From Candidatus Cloacimonadota bacterium (GTDB lineage Bacteria > Cloacimonadota > Cloacimonadia > JGIOTU-2): a stretch of DNA of 15,436 nt. Below the pieces are notes generated by a model. The model had not been told where the DNA came from. It did no database searches and was given only the letters and a program-made list of their open reading frames with translations. Location of the stretch: assembly GCA_049903315.1 (NCBI GenBank), contig JBNGBT010000021.1, forward strand, positions 1-15,436, given 5' to 3'. The stretch's first letter is position 1. Each line of letters starts with the position of its first letter. Below are positions 1 to 8,544 of the stretch, one piece after another. Position numbers and translations under genes: made by a program.

Positions 1-72
1 AGTTAACACCAATGGAGAAATTAATAGCATATTTCTTCCCTAAAAGTGTAAACAACGCGTGAAAATCTTACA
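1..72 (-). mobile_element. Terminal 72 bp of a probable IS481-family element (element body lies left of the window)
   Basis: Exact reverse complement of 15361-15432. Ends ...GTAAACAACGCGTGAAAATCTTACA followed by ATTAAG. The TGT/ACA terminus, AACAAC submotif and N-YTAR-N flank resemble IS481-family ends as recalled. No transposase in the window. Confidence 0.65.
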
Positions 73-79
73 ATTAAGT

Positions 80-520
80 ATGTTAGAATGGATAGGTAAT
101 AATTTACAGTGGATATTTAGCGGAATTGGTGTTTTGTTTTTAACGATCATTGCTTTTTTTCTTAAAAGACGAAATACTGAATATACTGAACAGATTAAAC
201 AAGTGGCAAAAAGGTATGTTGATATGTTGGATGGGAAAATACATGGTTATCATAATATACCTGGTTTAGTTCTTTCAGGTGTTGCAAAGTTGAAATCAAA
301 TAAACAGCTCTTAAAGGTTTGTTCTAAAATCGAGCAATATGGAAAACCAAATCCACTTAAAACGTGGGTTTTAAGACATATAAATAAAAAGGAGTTATTG
401 AAATTTGTTAAATGGAATCATGAGAATGGAATCGGATATTCACCCCACTATTTCAACGAAGAGAGTTTTATAAATTTAGTCGAAGACTACAATAAATCAA
501 ATTTAAATAAACATAAATAA
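80..520 (+). CDS. Hypothetical protein with one N-terminal TM helix (WIFSGIG motif)
   Basis: The GTG at 59 lies inside the repeat, so the ATG at 80 is more likely (MLEWIGNNLQWIFSGIGVLFLTIIAFFLKRR). Visibly AT-richer than dcp. No SD remains upstream. Confidence 0.7.
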   Translation: MLEWIGNNLQWIFSGIGVLFLTIIAFFLKRRNTEYTEQIKQVAKRYVDMLDGKIHGYHNIPGLVLSGVAKLKSNKQLLKVCSKIEQYGKPNPLKTWVLRHINKKELLKFVKWNHENGIGYSPHYFNEESFINLVEDYNKSNLNKHK

Positions 521-522
521 TT

Positions 523-550
523 CTCCGTGCTCTCTGTGTTCTCTGTGGTT
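523..550. repeat. Three imperfect 9-bp tandem units CTCCGTGCT-CTCTGTGTT-CTCTGTGGT
   Basis: Read directly; begins 2 bp after the stop codon at 520. Confidence 0.85.
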
Positions 551-586
551 TAATTTCCGATTACACGAGCTTGTAACCAAAAACAT

Positions 587-639
587 TTGACATAAAAATC
601 CTTCGGCAACAAATCACTCAAGAAAAAAGAAATCAGGAG
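587..639 (+). promoter_or_regulatory. Putative dcp promoter (-35 TTGACA 587-592) and SD AGGAG 635-639
   Basis: Consensus -35 with no canonical -10; SD 5 nt before the ATG at 645. Confidence 0.5.
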
Positions 640-644
640 TCATA

Positions 645-2684
645 ATGAAAAAATCGGACATAAATCCCTTTTTCCAGAGTTATAATACCCCTTTTGATAC
701 TATTCCCTTTGATACAATAAAACTTGAACACTTTATGCCTGCCGTAGAAGAAGGATTGAAAGAAGCTCGTAAGAATATTCAGGCAATAAAGGATAATCCT
801 GAAGTCCCGAATTTTGATAATACGATCCTTGCCCTTCAGATAAGTGGTGAGTTACTTGATGAAGTAACGACCGTGTACTTTAATCTTTACAGCGCTGAGT
901 CCAATGATGAATTAAAAGCCCTTGCACAGAAGATCTCTCCAATGCTGGCACAATTTCAAAATCAGGTTCTCACAGATTCAGAATTGTTTAAAAAAGTAGA
1001 ACACGTTTATAATAACCAGCAGGGGCTCAATGATGAGCAGAAGCGCTTGGTTGAACACTATTATAAGCAATTTGTGCGTAATGGAGCGAATCTTACCCCG
1101 AACAATAAGAAGAAGTTGGAAGAGATCGATAAAGAACTTTCTACCCTGAGTCCCAAATTTTCTCAAAATCTTCTCAAATCCACTAATGCCTTCGAACTTT
1201 ATATTACTGATGAAAAGGATCTTGAAGGATTACCGGAAGGAGCAAAAGAAGCAGCAGCTTTTGCAGCTAAGAAGAAGGGAAAAAAAGGTGGCTGGCTGTT
1301 CAATCTCCAGATTCCAAGTGTCTTACCTATCAATAAATACGCAAAAAACCGTGAACTCAGGGAGAAGATCAGCAGGGCGTATGGTGCGCGTGCGTATAAT
1401 GACGATTTTGATAACAGAGAGATTTTGAAGAAGATTGCGCAACTCCGGCAGGAACGCGCAGAGCTTCTTGGGTATAAAACTCACGCTCAGTATGTCCTCG
1501 AAGAGCGTATGGCAGAAACCCCGGAAACGGTTCAAGGATTTCTTGAGAGAGTCTATTCTGTTGCATTTCCTGCTGCAAAGAAGGAGATTGAAGAAATCAA
1601 AAAATTAGCATTAGAAACCGATGCTCTCGAAGATTTCCAAACATGGGACAGTGCTTACTATTCTGAAAAACTGAAGAAGATCAAATATAATTATGATGAA
1701 GAAGAACTCCGTCCGTATTTTAAAGTTGAGAATGTCATAGACGGTCTTTTTAAGGTAGCTGAAAAATTGTATGGTATTACATTCAAAGAACTCAAGGATA
1801 TTCCTGTTTATCATCAGGAAGTTAAGGTGTTTGAAGTTACGGATAAGGATCGATCACATCTTGGTTTGTTATACATGGATCTTTTCCCGAGAGAGACCAA
1901 AAGGAATGGAGCGTGGATGACCAACTACAAAACTCAGGGGTTATCTCATGGAGAAATCCGCAGACCACACGTGGGTATTGTTGCCAATCTTACTCCATCG
2001 ACCGATAAAAAGCCCTCTTTGCTCGAACTCTCCGAAGTTCAAACATTATTCCATGAGTTTGGACATGCGCTGCACGGACTGCTCTCGGACTGTACGTATC
2101 AAACACTTGCAAGCCCGAATGTCTATTGGGATTTCGTGGAGCTTCCTTCACAGATAATGGAGAATTGGACACTCGAGAAAGAAGCACTGGATATGTTTGC
2201 AGTGAATTATAAAACCGGGGAAAAAATGCCGGATACTCTTATTCAAAAAGTGAAGAAAGCACAGAATTTTAATAAGGGTATGGCCAATATTCGTCAACTC
2301 TCTTTTGGTTTCATCGACATGGCATGGCATGCGAAGGATCCCCGGAAAATTAAAGATGTCGTTGCGTTTGAAGATAAGGTGTTTAAGAAAACGCGACTCT
2401 TGCCGAAAGTTGATGGTACGAACATGTCATGCAGTTTTGGACATATATTTGCCGGCGGATATTCTTCGGGATATTATTCTTATAAATGGGCAGAAGTGCT
2501 GGAGGCAGATTCCTTTGAATTATTCAAAGAAAAAGGCATTTTCAATCAGGAGATTGCTGATTCATTCAGAAAAAATATTCTCTCAAAAGGCAACACTGCC
2601 CACCCAATGGAACTCTATATGAAATTCCGTGGTCGCGAGCCCGATCCTGATGCAATGCTTAAAAGAGATGGACTGTTGAAGTAG
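645..2684 (+). CDS. dcp: M3A family metallopeptidase (peptidyl-dipeptidase Dcp / oligopeptidase A-like)
   Basis: 679 aa. TLFHEFGHALH zinc motif, WDFVELPSQIMENW third ligand, HIFAGGYSSGYYSYKWAEVL, FRGREP C-terminus. No signal peptide. Confidence 0.93.
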   Translation: MKKSDINPFFQSYNTPFDTIPFDTIKLEHFMPAVEEGLKEARKNIQAIKDNPEVPNFDNTILALQISGELLDEVTTVYFNLYSAESNDELKALAQKISPMLAQFQNQVLTDSELFKKVEHVYNNQQGLNDEQKRLVEHYYKQFVRNGANLTPNNKKKLEEIDKELSTLSPKFSQNLLKSTNAFELYITDEKDLEGLPEGAKEAAAFAAKKKGKKGGWLFNLQIPSVLPINKYAKNRELREKISRAYGARAYNDDFDNREILKKIAQLRQERAELLGYKTHAQYVLEERMAETPETVQGFLERVYSVAFPAAKKEIEEIKKLALETDALEDFQTWDSAYYSEKLKKIKYNYDEEELRPYFKVENVIDGLFKVAEKLYGITFKELKDIPVYHQEVKVFEVTDKDRSHLGLLYMDLFPRETKRNGAWMTNYKTQGLSHGEIRRPHVGIVANLTPSTDKKPSLLELSEVQTLFHEFGHALHGLLSDCTYQTLASPNVYWDFVELPSQIMENWTLEKEALDMFAVNYKTGEKMPDTLIQKVKKAQNFNKGMANIRQLSFGFIDMAWHAKDPRKIKDVVAFEDKVFKKTRLLPKVDGTNMSCSFGHIFAGGYSSGYYSYKWAEVLEADSFELFKEKGIFNQEIADSFRKNILSKGNTAHPMELYMKFRGREPDPDAMLKRDGLLK

Positions 2685-2702
2685 TAATGATATCGTATAA
2701 AT

Positions 2703-2740
2703 AAAAACCGACCCGGTTCATTCCAGGTCGGTTTCTTTTT
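2703..2740. terminator. Bidirectional intrinsic terminator
   Basis: Stem AAACCGACC (2705-2713)/GGTCGGTTT (2726-2734), with T-run after and A-run before, between convergent genes. Confidence 0.85.
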
Positions 2741-2751
2741 GAAAATAAGTT

Positions 2752-3645
2752 TTATTTATGATGAACAGGAATGTTGTGTTTTGTATGATGTAACGCAGAG
2801 ATTATAGCTGCAGAGATCACGATTGCTGCGCCGCATAGTGTTAGAATACTTGGCATTTCTTTCCATACAAACAAATCAATTAGACCGGAGAAAACAACCG
2901 AAAGATAAATAAATGGTGAGATTGTTGTCGTGGATGCATATTTCACTGCAAAAATGAGCAGAAGTTGAAAGACTGCCATAAAGATACCAGCGCCAGCGAG
3001 GTAAAGCCATGCAATGCCCGAAGGAGTCGTCCATTTCGTGAGAGCCCAGATTCCCATGCTTATTGTGGTGAAAGCAAGGAACCAGAACACCACAACTTTT
3101 ACAGATTCATCTTTATCATCCAGAATCTTTATTACCACAGTTGAGAGACCGGACAGAAAACCTGAAAACAGGGCTATCAGATCGCCGGGATTTACCGCAC
3201 CTTTTCCCGGATGGAGAACCATTGTTACACCGATAAAACCAACTATCATCACAGCCCACATCTTCAATGTGATCTTTTTTCTGAAGACAAAGAATGCTAT
3301 TATGGGAATGAATATCGGCGTAGTATTTTGCAACAACGTTGCATTCACAAGCGGAATGAATTTGATGGCAACAAAATAAAAATACATCGAGAGTAGCCCT
3401 GTGATTACTCTGCCGAATACCAGTAAAGGGTACTGCGGTTTAAGATTAACCTTCTTACCATGTAAAACCCATGGCAATACTACTATCAGTGCTATAAGGT
3501 TCTGAAAAAACATGACCTCATGAATTTCCAGTCCTATATTTGAGCATACTTTGATGAATGCCGACATAATAGCAAACCCAAGAAATGCAATGATAACGAG
3601 TGCTATACCTTTGGGGGGATTAAGATTTTTTTCTACTGCGACCAT
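2752..3645 (-). CDS. DMT superfamily (EamA) transporter
   Basis: 297 aa, about 10 hydrophobic segments in two EamA-like halves (NATLLQNTTPIF, GFIGVTMVLHPG, ISPFIYLSVVFS); SD GAAAGGA. Confidence 0.9.
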   Translation of the reverse strand: MVAVEKNLNPPKGIALVIIAFLGFAIMSAFIKVCSNIGLEIHEVMFFQNLIALIVVLPWVLHGKKVNLKPQYPLLVFGRVITGLLSMYFYFVAIKFIPLVNATLLQNTTPIFIPIIAFFVFRKKITLKMWAVMIVGFIGVTMVLHPGKGAVNPGDLIALFSGFLSGLSTVVIKILDDKDESVKVVVFWFLAFTTISMGIWALTKWTTPSGIAWLYLAGAGIFMAVFQLLLIFAVKYASTTTISPFIYLSVVFSGLIDLFVWKEMPSILTLCGAAIVISAAIISALHHTKHNIPVHHK

Positions 3646-3660
3646 GTGTGTTCCTTTCGG

Positions 3661-4263
3661 TTATTGTATTGGAACGAAAATGAACATTTCCGAACCTTCT
3701 CCATTGGGATTGAATTTTTGATTATACATTTCCAACTCATTTCCATTTCCCGTCTTGTAGCCACTTGTTGGAAGCCAATGCGAATAGATGTAGGTATACG
3801 TTTGACTCAGATTCTCAAGCGGACCAAAATGCGAGAATTTAGCATATTTTGATGCAGGCGCTACATGTACGACCATGCCCTCAGGGACTATCTTGGTATC
3901 TGTGACTTCATAACCGGCAAAATAGGTGAAAGAGAATGAGTCGCCACCAGAATCCATATTATATGATGCTCCCCATGCTTCAGTGTTATTTGCCCTGTTT
4001 TTTATCTGGCTCTCTACCTGCATGAGCTTCATCCACATTGATGGGATCTCCGTCATATTGTTGGCATCGAAATTCTTTTCAAATCCGATAAGGGTAAGAT
4101 CTTTCATTGAGACGATTTCAGGTAGGGGACTCACTGTTTTTGGTGCTTTTGGTAGTTCTGGTTCAGGCGGCATATTCGTCATTGGTTCCGGTCTTGGACA
4201 AGCACAAGAAACCACTATGAATAAAGAAATAACTAAACATAGTATTATTGCTGTTTTTTTCAT
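3661..4263 (-). CDS. Predicted lipoprotein with Pro-rich linker and GyrI-like (AraC effector-binding) domain
   Basis: MKK, hydrophobic stretch, VVSC/SCAC lipobox-like Cys; IPSMW, YFAGYEV, VPEGM, YAKFSHFGPLENLSQTYTYIYSHWLP, ELEMY, IFVPI; SD AGGAGG. Confidence 0.85.
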   Translation of the reverse strand: MKKTAIILCLVISLFIVVSCACPRPEPMTNMPPEPELPKAPKTVSPLPEIVSMKDLTLIGFEKNFDANNMTEIPSMWMKLMQVESQIKNRANNTEAWGASYNMDSGGDSFSFTYFAGYEVTDTKIVPEGMVVHVAPASKYAKFSHFGPLENLSQTYTYIYSHWLPTSGYKTGNGNELEMYNQKFNPNGEGSEMFIFVPIQ

Positions 4264-4283
4264 GTAATCCTCCTGGGATTATT

Positions 4284-4322
4284 TATATGAATTTCATTGA
4301 ATTTCATATATGGTTGTGTCAA
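4284..4322 (-). promoter_or_regulatory. Promoter (-35 TTGACA 4322-4317) with a candidate repeat operator over the -10/+1 region
   Basis: Tandem TGAATTTCAT x2 (4288-4307) inside the inverted pair TATATGAA (4284-4291)/TTCATATA (4303-4310). Confidence 0.55.
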
Positions 4323-4362
4323 GAAATCTGCTTTATGGTATGCAAATCATTAACTGTTTTTG

Positions 4363-5556
4363 TTATTTCAACAAAATTATAAGATGATTTCCCAAAGGTT
4401 GTGTTAGAAGATCCTGCACTGAATATTCATCATCCAGCTGTACTTCTATTTGTGTCCGGCACAGGTTTTCTGCATGTCCGGTTTGTATAATTGTACCTTC
4501 TGCCTTCCAGATAAGATCGAGCTCTTTTCCGCCTAATCGAAATAGTATTACATCCTGCAGCGGAAACTCCCCTTGTATTCCCACGCCTATTCCTGATTCA
4601 AAGTGAGAACGCAAATTGTAGCTTTTCACCAAACTACGCGGAACTGTGCAATGGGCAAGAATGAGTGATTTTTCTTTCAGGTTGATCCGAGATGGATTTG
4701 CCATCCAGGGAAGTGAGTTATATTTTTCTAATCCCCACATCATTCCGATCGTACTTACCAGATCACCTTCACAGCCAGTGATGATTCCCTCATCATTCAA
4801 ACGAGAAAGTGCAAAACAACCAGTTGTTTTCATGTCGAGAACAAGGTCAAAACAGCGAATCGTAAGGGCATCGAGTTTGTATTTTATGATCAACTTTTTT
4901 ATTGCCAGATAGATACTGACATTATCTTCTATCTCTTTTTGAGATAGCTCTTTTACTCCTGTAGCATTTTTTGTTAATTCTAATGCAATTCTTCTGATCT
5001 GCTCTGGTTCAACTTCCTTGAAATTTTGCTTAACTTCTTCCAGTTCTAAGGGGACAACTTTCACTCCAAAGGCAGATTCCACGATTTTTGTTTGTGGACT
5101 GCTTGCTACAAGCCAATCCGATGGCTTACCGATCAAACCAATTCTTTTACCAGCTAATGTTTGTCTGTCATCAAATTTCCGAATTGCAGGTTTCAGAGTG
5201 CTTTTTAGGTTTTCAGTAATTTCCGGAAGATAGACGATGCTGCCTTTTTTGCCCTCCTGCTGAAACCGTGCCAGAACTTCCAATGCTGCGGGAAGGGAAT
5301 TGTGGCTTGCATGGGTCAGCAAAACAATATCTTCATCATGAAATGCTGCATTCCGCTTTGCATGTAGATCAAGGATTTGTCGTTCTGTACCGCCAGTTAT
5401 AACGAAATAGTAAAGCTGCTCAACATTCTGAATGGCTGAGGAAGAAATCTTAGTGCAATTCAGTTTTTTTAGGAACTCGGAATTTAATCTTATGATCTCA
5501 TCAATTTCTGTTTGAGTAATGAAATCGGATGCGATTGGAAGGAAACCTCTATTCAT
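4363..5556 (-). CDS. L-fucose/L-arabinose isomerase-like protein, substrate unknown
   Basis: 397 aa; LDALTIRCF, GCEGD (E-x-D metal ligands), LAHCTVP, RSHFESGIGVG, CRTQI motifs. Confidence 0.75.
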   Translation of the reverse strand: MNRGFLPIASDFITQTEIDEIIRLNSEFLKKLNCTKISSSAIQNVEQLYYFVITGGTERQILDLHAKRNAAFHDEDIVLLTHASHNSLPAALEVLARFQQEGKKGSIVYLPEITENLKSTLKPAIRKFDDRQTLAGKRIGLIGKPSDWLVASSPQTKIVESAFGVKVVPLELEEVKQNFKEVEPEQIRRIALELTKNATGVKELSQKEIEDNVSIYLAIKKLIIKYKLDALTIRCFDLVLDMKTTGCFALSRLNDEGIITGCEGDLVSTIGMMWGLEKYNSLPWMANPSRINLKEKSLILAHCTVPRSLVKSYNLRSHFESGIGVGIQGEFPLQDVILFRLGGKELDLIWKAEGTIIQTGHAENLCRTQIEVQLDDEYSVQDLLTQPLGNHLIILLK

Positions 5557-5578
5557 ATTTCATCTTTTCATGACAATT

Positions 5579-7207
5579 CTACTTCAAAATATACCAGTTA
5601 TTATCGCAAGATGCATCGAATGATTTCTTTTCTTTCAAATATTGGATTATCAGATTTCTGAGGTCTGTTTCGGATGCATAGAGTACTGTCGGTTCATTGA
5701 TGCCGATTGCCCTGATATGACCTCCACCGCCATTTGCCCTGTAGCTGTTCAATGCTACTGTGTAGATTGCATTCGGATCGAGAGGTTCTGAGTTTTTCAG
5801 AAAGATCACATCCTTAATCCTATTCCCGGCAGCTTCACGAATATCAATTGTATAAGATATGCCGTCAGCCATATCATAATTATATCCTGCCATATCTGGA
5901 TTTGTTGAGAGAGAGTCATTTTCATACACATAATATTGAGCGCAATATTCAAGATAATTGAGTATGTTCTGTCCTGTCATTTCAATCATTTTGAGTGTAT
6001 TCTCATAAGGATATATTGCATAGACATCCTTAATTCTTATAGAGTCAGCAGGGATGAACAAACTTGTTGAGAATACAGGGGAGATAGAAATGTCAGCACC
6101 GGTATAATAACGTTGGACTGTATTGATAAGTTCAGGAATGGGTGAGTCCTCAAAACGGGCATTTTTTGTCGAGACACTCTTATCACTCTTTGCAATCGGA
6201 GTTCGGAAGTATGAAACTACTTTTTCATGATAGGGTTCGTTCAATTCAAGAAGTTCCTGAGATACAGGAAAATCTTTTGCACGTTCAACCCAGCCGGATT
6301 TTTCAACCACTTTCCATTTGCCATTATCTTTTTCGAGTACAATTTTAGCAATTCCCAAACCCCATGAACGCGCACCGGATATCATTTGCAGTGTGGTGTC
6401 ATCTTTAATGGTTACAACAGAATCAAGCGGATTCACGCGATGAGAATGTCCTCCAAAAACAACGTCGAATCCGGGCACTCTTTCTGCTACAAGTTTTGAC
6501 GCATTTGCTACAGGTAAACCAAAGAGTTCTTCTTTGTATTTATCCTCCTCAGCATCATATCCCGCATGGAATATACCGATAAGTACATCCGATTTTTCTA
6601 TAATTTCAGGAGTATATTTTTGTGCTGTCTCAACCATACCTTTCCAGGAGATTCCCGGGTAATATGTCGTGTCGAGCATTGTTGGAATTCCGGGAGTCGT
6701 TAGGCCGAGGATACCAATTTTAATATCATCTCGTTCTACAATTGTATAGGGCTCAAAAAAGCATGTCCCATCCTTACATTCCGCATTGGCAGAAAGCCAC
6801 GGAAAGGCTGATTGTGAACGTGCTTCCACATATCCATCATAACCCACTTCTATATCGTGATTGCCGACTGCAAATGCATCGTAACCGATATGATTCATTG
6901 TTTGAATGATGGGGTGAACTCCAACGGTATCTATCCGATTAAAATAATATGCATAGGGAGTACCCTGCATGAGATCTCCGCAATCAACAAAAACCACATT
7001 ATCATATCTCTTTTTGAATTCCTTCATTCTGGAATACACTTTCACCATTCCAAGATCACCAGGTTCATCCATGATATAGTCATAGGGAAGTATCGTGCCA
7101 TGAATATCGGTAGTATTTACGATATAGAGAGTATCCCGTTCACCTGCTGCATGAAGCATTACAACAAAGGTGATTGATAATAAACTAATTAACACTATTT
7201 TTTTCAT
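5579..7207 (-). CDS. Secreted bifunctional metallophosphatase/nucleotidase (CpdB/UshA-like)
   Basis: Signal peptide; NTTDIHG, DCGDLMQG, GNHD, FHAG, GGHSH motifs; C-terminal YPYENTL and NSYRANGGG. ATG 7207 has SD AGGTG; alternative GTG 7216 overlaps the upstream stop. Confidence 0.9.
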   Translation of the reverse strand: MKKIVLISLLSITFVVMLHAAGERDTLYIVNTTDIHGTILPYDYIMDEPGDLGMVKVYSRMKEFKKRYDNVVFVDCGDLMQGTPYAYYFNRIDTVGVHPIIQTMNHIGYDAFAVGNHDIEVGYDGYVEARSQSAFPWLSANAECKDGTCFFEPYTIVERDDIKIGILGLTTPGIPTMLDTTYYPGISWKGMVETAQKYTPEIIEKSDVLIGIFHAGYDAEEDKYKEELFGLPVANASKLVAERVPGFDVVFGGHSHRVNPLDSVVTIKDDTTLQMISGARSWGLGIAKIVLEKDNGKWKVVEKSGWVERAKDFPVSQELLELNEPYHEKVVSYFRTPIAKSDKSVSTKNARFEDSPIPELINTVQRYYTGADISISPVFSTSLFIPADSIRIKDVYAIYPYENTLKMIEMTGQNILNYLEYCAQYYVYENDSLSTNPDMAGYNYDMADGISYTIDIREAAGNRIKDVIFLKNSEPLDPNAIYTVALNSYRANGGGGHIRAIGINEPTVLYASETDLRNLIIQYLKEKKSFDASCDNNWYILK

Positions 7208-7212
7208 AATTT

Positions 7213-7884
7213 TCACCTGTAAATTTTATCTTTCAAGCGAACTTTTTCTACATACATGATCTCGCATGCACCATTGCCGGTATCTTCACGCGTGGTGCTT
7301 GAAGTCCAATTCACATCTCTTTCCCGGCACATCCCTTTGACATTTACCAAGAAGCCCCACAACTGTATTATATTGCCTTCTTTAATCTTCTTTAATGCAT
7401 AGAATATATTCCTGTTTGCAGGGATAAGATGATTATTTGATGAGTGATCGGCAATGTAATCTTGTGTAACAGGACAGTTCCATTTGCACGTAAAGAAATA
7501 GAATCTCCTGATCTGTGAATATATAATAAATTTGCTTATTTCAGTTTCTATAAGTCTGCCCCACGCAAGCGCAAAATCGTAGGGAGCGATCTTCGATGCC
7601 CAGCCGTCATAATAGCGCTTCTTGCTTACAACTTGTGCAGTTATTTCGTATTTTGCGAGGGGAAATATAAGGAGCTGCAGACTGCCTTTGCTCAGAGTAA
7701 GACTTCGTACTTCTAAAATATCTTCTTGTAATGGTTCTTGAGACAGATCAAGGGGAGTTTCTTCTTCTTCGACGGAGATCGGTTCGCTCATAAATACCAT
7801 AGCTGCGATGGTACTCAGTGCAATGATTACTAATATTATTATAACAAGTTGTTGGGCTGAGGTAGGGGAAGGGGTTTTTTGCAT
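7213..7884 (-). CDS. Conserved hypothetical protein with N-terminal membrane anchor
   Basis: 223 aa; TM helix, acidic linker, motifs APYDFALAWG, SSNNHLIPA, WTSSTTREDTGNGACEI. Confidence 0.8.
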   Translation of the reverse strand: MQKTPSPTSAQQLVIIILVIIALSTIAAMVFMSEPISVEEEETPLDLSQEPLQEDILEVRSLTLSKGSLQLLIFPLAKYEITAQVVSKKRYYDGWASKIAPYDFALAWGRLIETEISKFIIYSQIRRFYFFTCKWNCPVTQDYIADHSSNNHLIPANRNIFYALKKIKEGNIIQLWGFLVNVKGMCRERDVNWTSSTTREDTGNGACEIMYVEKVRLKDKIYR

Positions 7885-7894
7885 GTTGAGTATT

Positions 7895-8248
7895 TTACGA
7901 ACTCAGAGTGTGTAAATTATAAAAATACTGAAATTCCAAAATTCGATCCTCAGGATCCTTACAGAAAAAGTGATATATTGGATATTTGGGATTATCTCGA
8001 GGAGGTTCATCAGAAATGGCTTTGAATTTTTCATACATTTTATCGACTTGAGTTTTATCATCATAAAAGAACGTGATCATTCCCTGAATATCTATAGTTT
8101 CCCGCTGGCAGAATCCAAGTAAAAGATTGTCATGCTGAAGAATTAAGCAATCTCCCTGGTCCATCCATATCGTGCATCCTAATTCTTCAATATAAAACGA
8201 TTTAATATCTTTGAGTTTCCGGGTTTTAAAAAATATAATCCCGCTCAT
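7895..8248 (-). CDS. VOC (glyoxalase/bleomycin resistance) family protein
   Basis: 117 aa; FYIEELG and FFCKDPEDRILEFQ; ATGA overlap with the upstream gene. Confidence 0.85.
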   Translation of the reverse strand: MSGIIFFKTRKLKDIKSFYIEELGCTIWMDQGDCLILQHDNLLLGFCQRETIDIQGMITFFYDDKTQVDKMYEKFKAISDEPPRDNPKYPIYHFFCKDPEDRILEFQYFYNLHTLSS

Positions 8249-8532
8249 TCTGAACCTTTATCCTCTTTCAAATCTTCAATTTTCTGCTGAAGTTCTTGGA
8301 TAATTTCATTAAGTCTTTTTTCATTTTTACGCTTATTATTTTCCTGAAGACAAAAAATTATAGTTATCAGGATAAGAATGATGATCCAGGAAGTTATCAC
8401 TGCCCAGAAGAAGATCCCTCTTGTTTCGTAATATTGCATGAGGAACAATAAGAGTATAGACATTGCGCCGAGTATTGTGATAAGAAGTGAGGAGATGAAC
8501 CAGGGCGCTTTTTTCTTCACATTATTTTTCAT
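8245..8532 (-). CDS. Small two-TM membrane protein with C-terminal coiled coil
   Basis: 95 aa; two hydrophobic helices then RLNEIIQELQQKIEDLKE; SD GGAG; operonic spacing. Confidence 0.7.
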   Translation of the reverse strand: MKNNVKKKAPWFISSLLITILGAMSILLLFLMQYYETRGIFFWAVITSWIIILILITIIFCLQENNKRKNEKRLNEIIQELQQKIEDLKEDKGSE

Positions 8533-8544
8533 GATTCTCCAAAA

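Noticed and set aside
523..550. CRISPR array or terminator
   Set aside because: The units are 9 bp with no spacers and are not self-complementary; no cas genes are present
1..560. Integron cassette (attC) around the orphan gene
   Set aside because: GTTAACA is not GTTRRRY, no RYYYAAC...GTTRRRY hairpin follows the stop, and no integrase is present
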